Source of the DNA: Candidatus Versatilivorator sp.
Lineage (GTDB): Bacteria > Acidobacteriota > Terriglobia > Versatilivoradales > Versatilivoraceae
Length of the DNA stretch: 64,000 bases
Assembly: GCA_965207735.1 (NCBI GenBank)
Contig: OZ242296.1
Coordinates: forward strand, 320,001 to 384,000
Direction: 5' to 3'
Shown here: piece after piece, positions 36,241 through 45,344 of the stretch
Layout: each line of letters opens with the position of its first letter
Numbering within the stretch: position 1 is the first letter of the stretch
Made by a program: the position numbers and the translations under genes
The notes under the pieces: model-generated
What the model was told of the DNA's origin: nothing
Database searches by the model: none
What the model saw: only the letters and a program-made list of their open reading frames with translations

Positions 36241-37482
36241 TCAGCCGACAGCCGACACCTTCGGGAGGGTTTCTTCGAACTCGCTCAGCCTGGCCGGAAT
36301 GACCGCGGGCTCGGTCAGACGCCCCTGGACGGCCTCCTGGGTCTTCAGTCCGTTCCCGGTAATGGAAATCACCGTAAGGTCGTCGCTGCTGATTCTGCCT
36401 TGTCCAATCAGCTTGCGGGTGACGGCCACGGTGACCCCGCCGGCCGTTTCGGTGAAAATGCCTTCTTCCTCGGCCAGGAGCTGGATGCCGTCCACCACCT
36501 CCTCGTCGCTGACGTCCTCTCCCCAGCCGCCGCTTTCCAGCATGGTCTTGAGAGCGTAATAGCCATCGGCAGGATTCCCGATGGCAATGGACTTGGCGAT
36601 GCTGTCGGGCTTCACCGGCTTGATGAAATCCCGGCCGGTCTTGACGGCGGTGGTGATGGGTGAGCAGCCGGTGGCCTGAGCCCCGAAGATCCGACAACGG
36701 CTGTCGGGAATCAGATCCAGCTTGTGCATTTCAGTGAAAGCCTTGCGGATCTTGGTAATGAGCGATCCTCCCGCCATGGGGACCACGATGCAGTCGGGTG
36801 TCCTCCATCCGAGTTGTTCCGCGACCTCCAGGCCAAAGCTTTTGGATCCCTCCGCATAGAAGGGGCGAAGGTTGATGTTGACGAAGCCCCACCGATACTT
36901 CCCCACGATCTCGCTGCACAGCCGATTCACGTCATCGTAGTTCCCATCGATCTTAATGACGTTGTTCTTGTAGATCAGCGTGCCCAGAACCTTGCCCATC
37001 TCGAGGTCGGCCGGGATGAACACGTAGCTGTTGAGTCCCACGCTGGCGGCGTTGGCGGCCACGGCGTTGGCGAGGTTTCCGGTCGAGGCGCAACCCACCG
37101 TGTCGAAGCCGAATTCCAGGGCCTTGGAGAGGGCCACGGCCACCACCCGATCCTTGAAGGACAGGGTTGGAGCGCAGACGCTGTCATTCTTGATATAGAG
37201 ATTCTTCAGACCCAGCCTTCCGGCCAGGTTTTCCGCCCGGACCAGCGGCGTGAAGCCGGCCTGGGATCCCACTCGGGCTTCTCCGTCCAGCGGCAGCAGT
37301 TCAGCGTAGCGCCACATGTTGGGAGCTCTTTTCTGGATGACTTCGCGCCGCAGCAGCGGCCGGATGGCCTCATAGTCGTAGACCACCTCCAGCGGACCGA
37401 AGCAGAACTCACAGACCGACAAGGGTTCCTTGGGGTAGGACTGTCCACACTCCCGGCATTGCAGGCCGTTCACAAAAGACAT
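36241..37482 (-). CDS. thrC: Threonine synthase-like PLP enzyme (possibly an O-phosphohomoserine sulfhydrylase)
   Basis: N-terminal CxxC..CxxC, PTLSFKDRVV, CASTGNLA, NINLRPFYAEGSK, ITGNGLKT; first gene after a SAM riboswitch. Confidence 0.85.
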   Translation of the reverse strand: MSFVNGLQCRECGQSYPKEPLSVCEFCFGPLEVVYDYEAIRPLLRREVIQKRAPNMWRYAELLPLDGEARVGSQAGFTPLVRAENLAGRLGLKNLYIKNDSVCAPTLSFKDRVVAVALSKALEFGFDTVGCASTGNLANAVAANAASVGLNSYVFIPADLEMGKVLGTLIYKNNVIKIDGNYDDVNRLCSEIVGKYRWGFVNINLRPFYAEGSKSFGLEVAEQLGWRTPDCIVVPMAGGSLITKIRKAFTEMHKLDLIPDSRCRIFGAQATGCSPITTAVKTGRDFIKPVKPDSIAKSIAIGNPADGYYALKTMLESGGWGEDVSDEEVVDGIQLLAEEEGIFTETAGGVTVAVTRKLIGQGRISSDDLTVISITGNGLKTQEAVQGRLTEPAVIPARLSEFEETLPKVSAVG

Positions 37483-37574
37483 AACAATCCTCGCTGGCAG
37501 CACTGAAGCCGCACAACTATGCGGGTCGCTGCATACATGATGAAAAGCAGTTTGTCTTCAATACCTTATGGGCC

Positions 37575-37603
37575 AAAAAAAGCCCCTTCGATAAGAAGAG
37601 GCG
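37575..37603 (-). terminator. Intrinsic terminator of the SAM-I expression platform
   Basis: GCCTCTTC-TTATC-GAAGGGGC followed by T7 on the minus strand. Confidence 0.8.
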
Positions 37604-37616
37604 GGTATCGGCTCTA

Positions 37617-37720
37617 TTCTTATCTTTCAGAAACTTGGTTCTGTCGGAGTTGGCACCTTCCCTGGAAGGGGGGTTGCCGTGGCTTCACAGGGCCAGTCCC
37701 TCAGCCACTCTGGATAAGAA
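37617..37720 (-). ncRNA. SAM-I (S-box) riboswitch
   Basis: TTCTTATCCAGAG...GAGGGACTGGCCC..TGAAGCCACGGCAACC...GGTGCCAACTCC...GAAAGATAAGAA matches the S-box consensus. Confidence 0.95.
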
Positions 37721-37742
37721 CGTTATTCAATTGTCGGAAAGG

Positions 37743-37770
37743 ATTATAGTAGGGCGGAGCCGAATGTCAA
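37743..37770 (-). promoter_or_regulatory. Sigma70 promoter TTGACA-N16-TATAAT upstream of the riboswitch
   Basis: Both hexamers match the consensus exactly on the minus strand. Confidence 0.75.
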
Positions 37771-37996
37771 GGAGTGAACCCGTGATTCCGGCTGGGGGCT
37801 GCGCTATCGAGCACAGTTTTCCAACAATTCAACGACGTCCCCTGTCTCCTGTCCCTTATTCGGCCCTCTCGACCCTCCTGCAAGAACTCTGGTGAGAAAA
37901 CGGGTTATGCCGTAGAATTTAGGGAAGTTTCATGCTGTTTGACATAGTGTACCCTGCTTGGCAGAAAAGTGTGCGGCTGACGAAGGGAGACAGACG

Positions 37997-40900
37997 ATGC
38001 GATTGACACCACCACTCTACATCGGGGGCCGTCGATGGGCGGCAGCCGTCATTCTGGTTCTGGCCGGCGCCTCCCTGTCGGGAGCCCAGACCAAGGGCGG
38101 CCGCATCCAGGGGTACGTGTTCGATCAGACGCAAGCCGTCATACCGGGCGTTACCGTGACCGCCACCGACCAGGAACGGGATGTGGAGCGAAAAACCGTC
38201 ACCTCGGCGCTGGGCGAGTATGTCTTCAGCCACGTGATGCCGGGGCTCTACACGCTGCGTTTCGAGGCGGAGGGCTTTGTCCCCTACCTGGCCGAGAACT
38301 TCGAGGTCCGCGTGGGAGAGACCGCGGCTTTTTCGCCGGAGTTGACGTTGGGCACGGCCACCAAGAGCATCGTGGTATCAGCGGTCAGCGAGCGCCCGGC
38401 GATCGACACCCATCAGACGGCGCAGGCCGACTATATCGACTCGGTCCGCATCGAGAACCTCCCCATCAACCGCCGGGACTACCTGGATCTGGCTCTGCTG
38501 ACCCCGGGAGTGGTCAGCACGAACGATATGGTCGATGACCGGGACGGCCGAATCGTGGTCACTCCCCATTCCGGGCTGGGCATTGGGGGGGGCAGCGGGC
38601 GAAACAATACCTTCATGCTGGACGGTTTGAACAACGTCTTCGACACGGGAGCGGTCCGCTCCACCATCACCCAGGCGGCGGTGCAGGAGTTCCAGGTGAA
38701 CCGAAACACGTTTTCGGCCGAGCTGGGCGGCGCGCCCGGCGGCGCCATCAACATCGTCACCAAGGGCGGCACCAGCCAGTTGCATGGAAGCCTGTTCGGA
38801 CTGCTCCGCAACCGCCACGTCCAGGCCCGCAACTACTTCGATCCGGAAAAATCGGCCTACACCCGAGCGCAGAGCGGGGCCTCGATCGGCGGACCGCTGG
38901 GACGGGAGGGGACGTTCTTCTACGGCGCCTACGAGCGTCTGGACCGCCACGAATCGGTCTTCGTTCCCCTGCTGCGGGACGACTCGTTCCTGTACGAGCT
39001 GACACCCTCGCAGCAGGGTTTGATGGCGGGCCTGGGCACGACGGGGCTGATCCCGGGGCCGCTGTTGGACGAGTTCGCGGCTGCTCTGACGCCGGGAAAC
39101 TATCCCCACCTCGTCTCCTTGTTCGAGCAGAACAGCGGGGTCTTTCCGTTCGGGGAGGAACGCCAGCAGTTCCTGGGGCGTGTGGACCACACGGTGGGGG
39201 ATGGACACACGCTGTTCACGCGGGTCAACTGGACCGGCTTGGACAGCGAGAATACCCAGTTCGGATCGCTGGTCTCCTACAGCCGCGGCCGGAATATCCA
39301 CACCAACGATTTCGGGGTGGCATTGGGCAATACGCTGCTGATCAACCCGGAGCTGGCCAGCGAAACCCTCCTGGGATTCAACTATCACGACTCCGGCGTG
39401 TATCCGACCGACCCCTACGGTCCGTCGATCGACATCAACGGATTCGGCCTGTTCGGACGGGACCTGATCATGCCGACCCGCATCGTGGAACGGGCCGGCC
39501 AGGTGCGGCAGAATTTCACCCGAAATTCCGGCCCGCATACCTACAAGTTCGGCGTCGACGCCGGGGGCTCGCGTTTCAGCATCAGATCGGAAACCTTTTT
39601 CGGAGGGCGCTTTCAGTTCGGCGAGGCGGTGCCTCTGGCCCTTATAGTCGACAACGGCATCGGCGCAGGAGCGTCTCAGTTGCTGCAGGGCGCTCTGACG
39701 GCGTTCGGACAGCCCCGGCTTGCCGCCGCGCTAGACGAACCCATCTCATCCCTGCAGGCCTATGCCCTGGGGCTGCCGCTGATTTATCAGCAGGGCTTCG
39801 GCAGTCCCTACTGGATCGGATGGAAGAACTATCTCAACTTCTTCGCCGAAGCCTCCTGGCGCCTGAGGCCCAATCTGCAACTGACGCTGGGCGGCCGTCA
39901 CGAGTTCGAGGTCAAGACGCGGTTCCCGACCGACAAGAACAACTTTGCGCCCAGGCTGGGATTCGCCTGGAGCCCCGGTCCGCGTGTGGTCGTACGCGGA
40001 GGCTTCGGCATCTACTACGCCAGGATCGAAAGCCAGATCACCTACATCAGGGACCTGCTGGGAGAGGCGGGCGATATCTTCCAGGTATTCGTCCCGCTGA
40101 CCGGGTTATCCGGGATCAACAGTGCGTTGACCGGCGATCTGCTCACCTCGGCGGAGATCTACCAAACCGCCCTGCAGCGGGGCATCCTGGGGACCCGTTC
40201 CATCACGCCTCAGGACCTGGCCATCCACGGGATCGATCCGGGACCGGGGCTTCCGTTGCGGGTGCAGTTCGATGTGGCCGACGACACGGTCAATCCCTAT
40301 TCCCAGCAGGCCAGTCTCGAAATACAGCGAGAGGTGGCCGACGGCTACACCGTCTCGCTGGGATACAACTTCAACCGCGGCGTCCACATTATTCGTCCCC
40401 TGGACACCAACCTCTACCAGGCGGGAACCAACGAGCTGGGACGCCCGATCGTGGGCTTTCACAATCCGCTGGTGTTGCAGAACAACATCTACGGCAGTTG
40501 GGCCAATTCCTCCTACCATGCCTTTATGGCCCAGTTCCGGAAACGCTTCTTCGATGGATTCACCCTCTCGGCCCACTACACCTGGAGCAAGACCATGGAC
40601 GAGAACACCGACTACAACTCTTCGTTCCAGCCGCACTTGCAGTGGGACGCCAAGGCCGAGTGGGCCTTGTCTTCCTTCCACCGGAAACACAACTTCGTCG
40701 CCTACACCGTGGTGGATCTCCCCTGGCGATCGGGCACCGGGGGCGGATTCGGTCACGCCCTCATCCGCGACTTCACGGTCTCGGCCATTGCGAGCGCGCG
40801 CTCGGGGGCTCCCTTCAACCTCAACTCGGGCTTCGACACCGTGGGCGACCGCCACAACGACACTCACCGCCCCTGGGGCGTGGGCCGCAACATCGGCATG

Positions 40901-41164
40901 GGCCCCGACTTTTTCTCTTTCGATCTCCGACTGAACAGGGAGATTCCGCTGACCGAGACCTGGACTCTGGGGCTGATCGCCGAGGCCTTCAATCTGTTCA
41001 ACCGAACCAACTTCAAGCACATCAACAGCACGGTCGGCGACGTGAGTATCGACGAACTTCCTTCCCGGCTGGTGGGCCGCCGGGGACCGGTCACCGAGCC
41101 CTTCTCCTTCACGGCGGCCTTCGATCCGAGACAGTTCCAGTTGTCGCTGCGTTTGAATTTTTAG
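37997..41164 (+). CDS. TonB-dependent receptor, acidobacterial Oar-like, with a carboxypeptidase-regulatory-like N-domain
   Basis: IENLPINRRDY, VQEFQV, INIVTKGGT, DKNNFAPRLGFAWSP, C-terminal PRQFQLSLRLNF. Confidence 0.93.
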   Translation: MRLTPPLYIGGRRWAAAVILVLAGASLSGAQTKGGRIQGYVFDQTQAVIPGVTVTATDQERDVERKTVTSALGEYVFSHVMPGLYTLRFEAEGFVPYLAENFEVRVGETAAFSPELTLGTATKSIVVSAVSERPAIDTHQTAQADYIDSVRIENLPINRRDYLDLALLTPGVVSTNDMVDDRDGRIVVTPHSGLGIGGGSGRNNTFMLDGLNNVFDTGAVRSTITQAAVQEFQVNRNTFSAELGGAPGGAINIVTKGGTSQLHGSLFGLLRNRHVQARNYFDPEKSAYTRAQSGASIGGPLGREGTFFYGAYERLDRHESVFVPLLRDDSFLYELTPSQQGLMAGLGTTGLIPGPLLDEFAAALTPGNYPHLVSLFEQNSGVFPFGEERQQFLGRVDHTVGDGHTLFTRVNWTGLDSENTQFGSLVSYSRGRNIHTNDFGVALGNTLLINPELASETLLGFNYHDSGVYPTDPYGPSIDINGFGLFGRDLIMPTRIVERAGQVRQNFTRNSGPHTYKFGVDAGGSRFSIRSETFFGGRFQFGEAVPLALIVDNGIGAGASQLLQGALTAFGQPRLAAALDEPISSLQAYALGLPLIYQQGFGSPYWIGWKNYLNFFAEASWRLRPNLQLTLGGRHEFEVKTRFPTDKNNFAPRLGFAWSPGPRVVVRGGFGIYYARIESQITYIRDLLGEAGDIFQVFVPLTGLSGINSALTGDLLTSAEIYQTALQRGILGTRSITPQDLAIHGIDPGPGLPLRVQFDVADDTVNPYSQQASLEIQREVADGYTVSLGYNFNRGVHIIRPLDTNLYQAGTNELGRPIVGFHNPLVLQNNIYGSWANSSYHAFMAQFRKRFFDGFTLSAHYTWSKTMDENTDYNSSFQPHLQWDAKAEWALSSFHRKHNFVAYTVVDLPWRSGTGGGFGHALIRDFTVSAIASARSGAPFNLNSGFDTVGDRHNDTHRPWGVGRNIGMGPDFFSFDLRLNREIPLTETWTLGLIAEAFNLFNRTNFKHINSTVGDVSIDELPSRLVGRRGPVTEPFSFTAAFDPRQFQLSLRLNF

Positions 41165-41307
41165 CGGCGTGCAGACGTTCGAAGCCCAAAAGCTCGCCGC
41201 TGAAATCTGGGAGCGCATAGAGTCCTCAAAGTCTCAGTAACCGCCCCCTCCTGCTTCCGCAATTTCCCTTTATTCAACTATCCTCGGCTGGCCTCGCCCC
41301 CGCCTCC

Positions 41308-42288
41308 TCACCGCCCCCGCTTCAGGTCTTGCCGTAGCAGGCGGTCGACCAGCCGCTCCAGGAACTCGTCGGTTTGGATCGACATGGCCACCCGGCTGTT
41401 GGGCGGCCGGCTTTCGTCGATGACCGTAAATCCCTCGGCAGTGGTGCGGACGTGGGCGGCGCGGGTGCGGAACAGCTCCGGCCACAGCACCATGCCGATG
41501 GGGACGGGGTCGAACAGGATGGGTGTTTCCCGCCCCCAGAGCCGGTAGAGAGCCTGAAGCGCATCGGTGAGCGGCGAGCGGTGGGACCAGAGGGCCTGGC
41601 GTTGTTCGACCTTCAACTCCACGAAAGCCGTGACGTCCAGGCCGGCGTAGGTGATCGGGGTCGTCGAGGAAGACAGGATGCGGGCGGCGGGGATATCGGC
41701 CCGCACGTTCCACTCGGCCGAAGGAACGGGGCTGCCCCCATATCCCAGGTAGAAGGAACCGAACATGGAGTAGACCCTTTTGACCAGTTGCAGCACCTCC
41801 GGGTCTTTTTGAAGGAGGTCGGCCAGGTTGGATACCGGACCGACCGATATCAGGGTGATCTGCCCGGGGTGCCGGCGCAATTGGTTCGCGATGAAGTCCG
41901 CCGCCGGCGTATCGATGGGCTTGACCGTCGAAAAACCCTCTGCCCAGGAAAACTGCCTGGGGTGGGGCCCGGTGATTTGCGGATGACCCACCACCAGGGG
42001 GGTAGGCCTTCCCAGGGCCACCGGGATCTCCTCGCGCCCGGCTTCATAGAGGAGACGACAGGCCAGCCGGCCTCTCTCGTCGGTTCGGCCGTGTCCCAGG
42101 GTGATCCCCACGATCTCCAGTTCCGGACTGGCCAGCAACAGCGCCAGGGCAAAGGCGTCGTCGACGTCCGAGCCCAGGTCGGAGTCCAGGATGACCTTGT
42201 GGCGCTCGGCCCGGGCCGCGGATTGAAAGGTCATGGCGAAGAGTGCGAGAAACATGAACGCCAGAGCTGGAGGGATTCGAGCGGTCAA
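41308..42288 (-). CDS. Secreted nucleoside hydrolase (IUNH family)
   Basis: DSDLGSDVDDAFAL, GPVSNLA, AEWNVRAD, GLDVT; N-terminal signal peptide. Confidence 0.88.
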   Translation of the reverse strand: MTARIPPALAFMFLALFAMTFQSAARAERHKVILDSDLGSDVDDAFALALLLASPELEIVGITLGHGRTDERGRLACRLLYEAGREEIPVALGRPTPLVVGHPQITGPHPRQFSWAEGFSTVKPIDTPAADFIANQLRRHPGQITLISVGPVSNLADLLQKDPEVLQLVKRVYSMFGSFYLGYGGSPVPSAEWNVRADIPAARILSSSTTPITYAGLDVTAFVELKVEQRQALWSHRSPLTDALQALYRLWGRETPILFDPVPIGMVLWPELFRTRAAHVRTTAEGFTVIDESRPPNSRVAMSIQTDEFLERLVDRLLRQDLKRGR

Positions 42289-42351
42289 CAGCAGTTCCTT
42301 TTCTCCTCGCCGTCGCCTGGCTGCCGGGGCAGGCCATCCACTGCCGACGGG

Positions 42352-44130
42352 CTAGTTGAAAGGCCAGAGGCGGGGGATCAGCAGGGTGGCCGCCAGCCAG
42401 CTGATGAGGCTCAGCCATGCTCCCACCTTGAAGTAATCGGTAAACCGATACCCCCCCGGGCCGTACACCATGGTGTTGGTCTGATACCCGATTGGCGTCA
42501 GGAAACTGCAGGAGGCGGCAAAAGCCACGCAAAAGGCGAAGGGCCGGGGATCCCAACCGCCCTGATGGGCGATGGAGATGGCGATGGGAGTCAACAGGGC
42601 GGCGGTGGCATTGTTGGACATGAGCTCGGTCAAACCCATGGTCAACAGGTAGAGCACGGCGATCAACGCCACCGGACCCAGGGTGCCGGACCACCCCACC
42701 AGGCTGTCGGCTATGGCGTTGGCCGTACCGGTTTTTTCCATGGCCGTTCCCAGGGCGAGAGTTCCCCCGATCAGGATGACAATGCGCCAGTCCACCGCAA
42801 GGTAGGCCTGCCGGAGGGTGATGCAGCGCGTAAGGACCATCAGCACGGCGCCGAACAGAGCCGCTAATTCGATGGGTAGCCGCTGTGAGGCCGCGGCGGC
42901 AATCACCCCCAGAAAGATGAGGACCGCGACGGGAAGCTTGCTGAAACGGAAATCGGAGCCTTGAGACTCCTCCAGGATCAGCATGAAATCGGAGTCCTGC
43001 CTCAAATTGCCCAGAATTTGCTTGCGCACCTGGACCAGCAGCATGTCCCCCACCCGCAAGCGTACCCGCCCCAGTTTGTCCCGGATCTGGCTTCCGTGTC
43101 TCCGGATCGCCAGGGCCGTGGCCTGGTAGCGCTGGCGGAAGTTGGCTTCCTTCAGCGTCAGGCCGATCAGGGACGATTCAGGTGAAATGACGGCCTCGGC
43201 CAAGGTGATGTCTTCCGATTTCAGGTCGCGGTCACTCAGCTTGACGTCGGCCAGGATGTCGACTCCTTCGGTGTCGCGGACCTTCAGGATATTGTCCAGG
43301 TTCCCCTTCACGATCAGGATGTCTCCGCCCTTGAGCCGGATGTCCTGCAGGAACAACCCGAGCTTCTCGCGGCCGCGCTGGATTTCCAGGACCTCGATGT
43401 CCAGCTGTTGGCTGAATTCGGTCTCTCTCAGCGACTTGTCCAGCAGCGGCGAATCCTCCCGAATCAGCAGCTCCGTCAGGTACTCGCGGAGCCGGTATCC
43501 CTCGGTGAGACTGGCTTCGGTAGGCCGATAGGGGAGCTTTCTCTGTCCGATGGCCAGCATATAGACGGCGCCCAGACCCAGCAGGACCAGGCCCAGGCCA
43601 CTGAACTCGAACATCTGGAAGGGAGGTCGCTCCCGGGCAGCGTAGATGGTGCCGACGATGATATTGGTCGAGGTGCCGATATAGGTGCAGGCCCCTCCCA
43701 GGATGGCCGCGTAGGAGAGCGGAAGCAGCATTTTGGAGGGGCTCAGCTTCTTCTCACGGGCGATATTCAGGACCAGGGGAATAAACATGGCCACGGCCGC
43801 CGTGTTGCTGATGAAGGCGGAAAGCAGGGCGATGACCGGGATAATCACGGCCAACTGGGTGAACTCGGAGGATCCGCCCAGCGCCGAGACTTTCTGTCCC
43901 AGCCTGGCCACCGCCCCGGTTCGGATCAAGCCGGCGCTCAGAACCAGCATGGCCGCCACCGTGACCGGGGCCGGATGGCTGAAGCCCGAGAAGCCCTCGG
44001 CGGGGGTCAGCACCCCGGTGAGTATCAACAGCCCCACCACCAGCAGAGCCGTCAGGTCTATGGGAAACAGCTCGGTTACGAAAAGGACCAGGGCCAGCAA
44101 CAGGATGGCTGAGACAATCAACATCTCCAC
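42352..44130 (-). CDS. SLC13/DASS family permease with TrkA-C domains
   Basis: SAFISNTAAVA, IGTSTN, SNNATA, FLTPIGYQTNTMVYGPGGYRFTDY. Confidence 0.92.
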   Translation of the reverse strand: MEMLIVSAILLLALVLFVTELFPIDLTALLVVGLLILTGVLTPAEGFSGFSHPAPVTVAAMLVLSAGLIRTGAVARLGQKVSALGGSSEFTQLAVIIPVIALLSAFISNTAAVAMFIPLVLNIAREKKLSPSKMLLPLSYAAILGGACTYIGTSTNIIVGTIYAARERPPFQMFEFSGLGLVLLGLGAVYMLAIGQRKLPYRPTEASLTEGYRLREYLTELLIREDSPLLDKSLRETEFSQQLDIEVLEIQRGREKLGLFLQDIRLKGGDILIVKGNLDNILKVRDTEGVDILADVKLSDRDLKSEDITLAEAVISPESSLIGLTLKEANFRQRYQATALAIRRHGSQIRDKLGRVRLRVGDMLLVQVRKQILGNLRQDSDFMLILEESQGSDFRFSKLPVAVLIFLGVIAAAASQRLPIELAALFGAVLMVLTRCITLRQAYLAVDWRIVILIGGTLALGTAMEKTGTANAIADSLVGWSGTLGPVALIAVLYLLTMGLTELMSNNATAALLTPIAISIAHQGGWDPRPFAFCVAFAASCSFLTPIGYQTNTMVYGPGGYRFTDYFKVGAWLSLISWLAATLLIPRLWPFN

Positions 44131-44331
44131 GGTGATTCTCTCCGAGTCAGGGTCCGGGCAGGTTCTCCCGGTTGGGGGGCAACGTTCTCGGCAGGCTGGC
44201 CAAGGCCCGTTGTGGCCTCGCGGTCTGCGCAGGTCGCCTGTGCCGCCGGCTGCCGCACCGGTCTACGGCCCAACGGTTTTACCGAAGCGGCAATCGGCAT
44301 GGGGCCGCAATTTCGGCGTTATAATGCCACC

Positions 44332-45207
44332 ATGGTCCGGAAATTGCTAATTTGCATGGTTCTTGCTTTAGCCTGGGGGAAAGCCGGGATAGGGACGGCA
44401 TTGGAGGTCCAGGCACCTGTCCGCCTGGATGCGATTCTGAAGCGGGTGATCGACAACCAGATGGAGAACGATCGAGCCCGCTACCGCTATGTGTACGAGG
44501 AAAAGGCGGTGGTGGACCGCTACGACTCCACCGGGAACATCGAGGAATCGGTTTCCAGGACCTATACCTGGATTCACACCGAGTTGGAGTCCTTCTCCAA
44601 GCTGACTTCCATTAATGGCGCTCGTTACGATCGGCAGTATCTTCAAGCCCAGGACAGAGCCATCCAGCGGTCCATCTCCGGTGCCCAGCGGCTCTCTCCC
44701 CGAAAACGGAAGGCAAGAATCGCCAGAACCCGGCGGGAACGGGACGGGCAAATGCAGACTGAGATCTTTCGGAACCTGTTGGCGGCCTTTCGCTTTACCA
44801 TGACGGGCAGGGGAAACGTGAACGGGTGGGAGACCCTGGTGCTGGACTTCGAGCCGAGAGCGGGCTTCGAGCCGCCCTCGGCCCGTTCCGCCTTTCTGAG
44901 GAGTCTGAGCGGGAAGCTCTGGATTACCCGGGAGTCCCACCAGCCGATCCGTTTGACGGGGAGGCTCGGGGAGGACGTCCGATTCGTGGGAGGATTGTTC
45001 GGCAGTCTCAAGAAAGGCGCCACCATCACCCTGGATCAGGCCGATATCGGCAACGGCCTATGGCTCCCCACCTTTACCACGGTCACCTACCGGCGGAGCC
45101 TACTCTTCAAAGGCGCCCACCGCAGGGAAACCAGCCTGTTTCGCGACTACCGCCTGAATCCCGAATCCCGGCCCACCGATCAGGTCCAGGTCGAGAGCCT
45201 GGACTGA
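44332..45207 (+). CDS. Exported hypothetical protein (acidobacterial type)
   Basis: Signal peptide; LDFEPR...GKLWI...GLWLP pattern. Confidence 0.65.
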   Translation: MVRKLLICMVLALAWGKAGIGTALEVQAPVRLDAILKRVIDNQMENDRARYRYVYEEKAVVDRYDSTGNIEESVSRTYTWIHTELESFSKLTSINGARYDRQYLQAQDRAIQRSISGAQRLSPRKRKARIARTRRERDGQMQTEIFRNLLAAFRFTMTGRGNVNGWETLVLDFEPRAGFEPPSARSAFLRSLSGKLWITRESHQPIRLTGRLGEDVRFVGGLFGSLKKGATITLDQADIGNGLWLPTFTTVTYRRSLLFKGAHRRETSLFRDYRLNPESRPTDQVQVESLD

Positions 45208-45344
45208 GACAGAACACCAGGGCCCGGTTGGGCAGCCTGTGCGTCCCTTGACAGGCCGGCGGACCAGCGCATATTCTCCCGGCTGCAGTTCCGGACCAAG
45301 ATGCCGCAGTTCCGGACTAAGCCAATCGATCCGCTCGGGGTACC

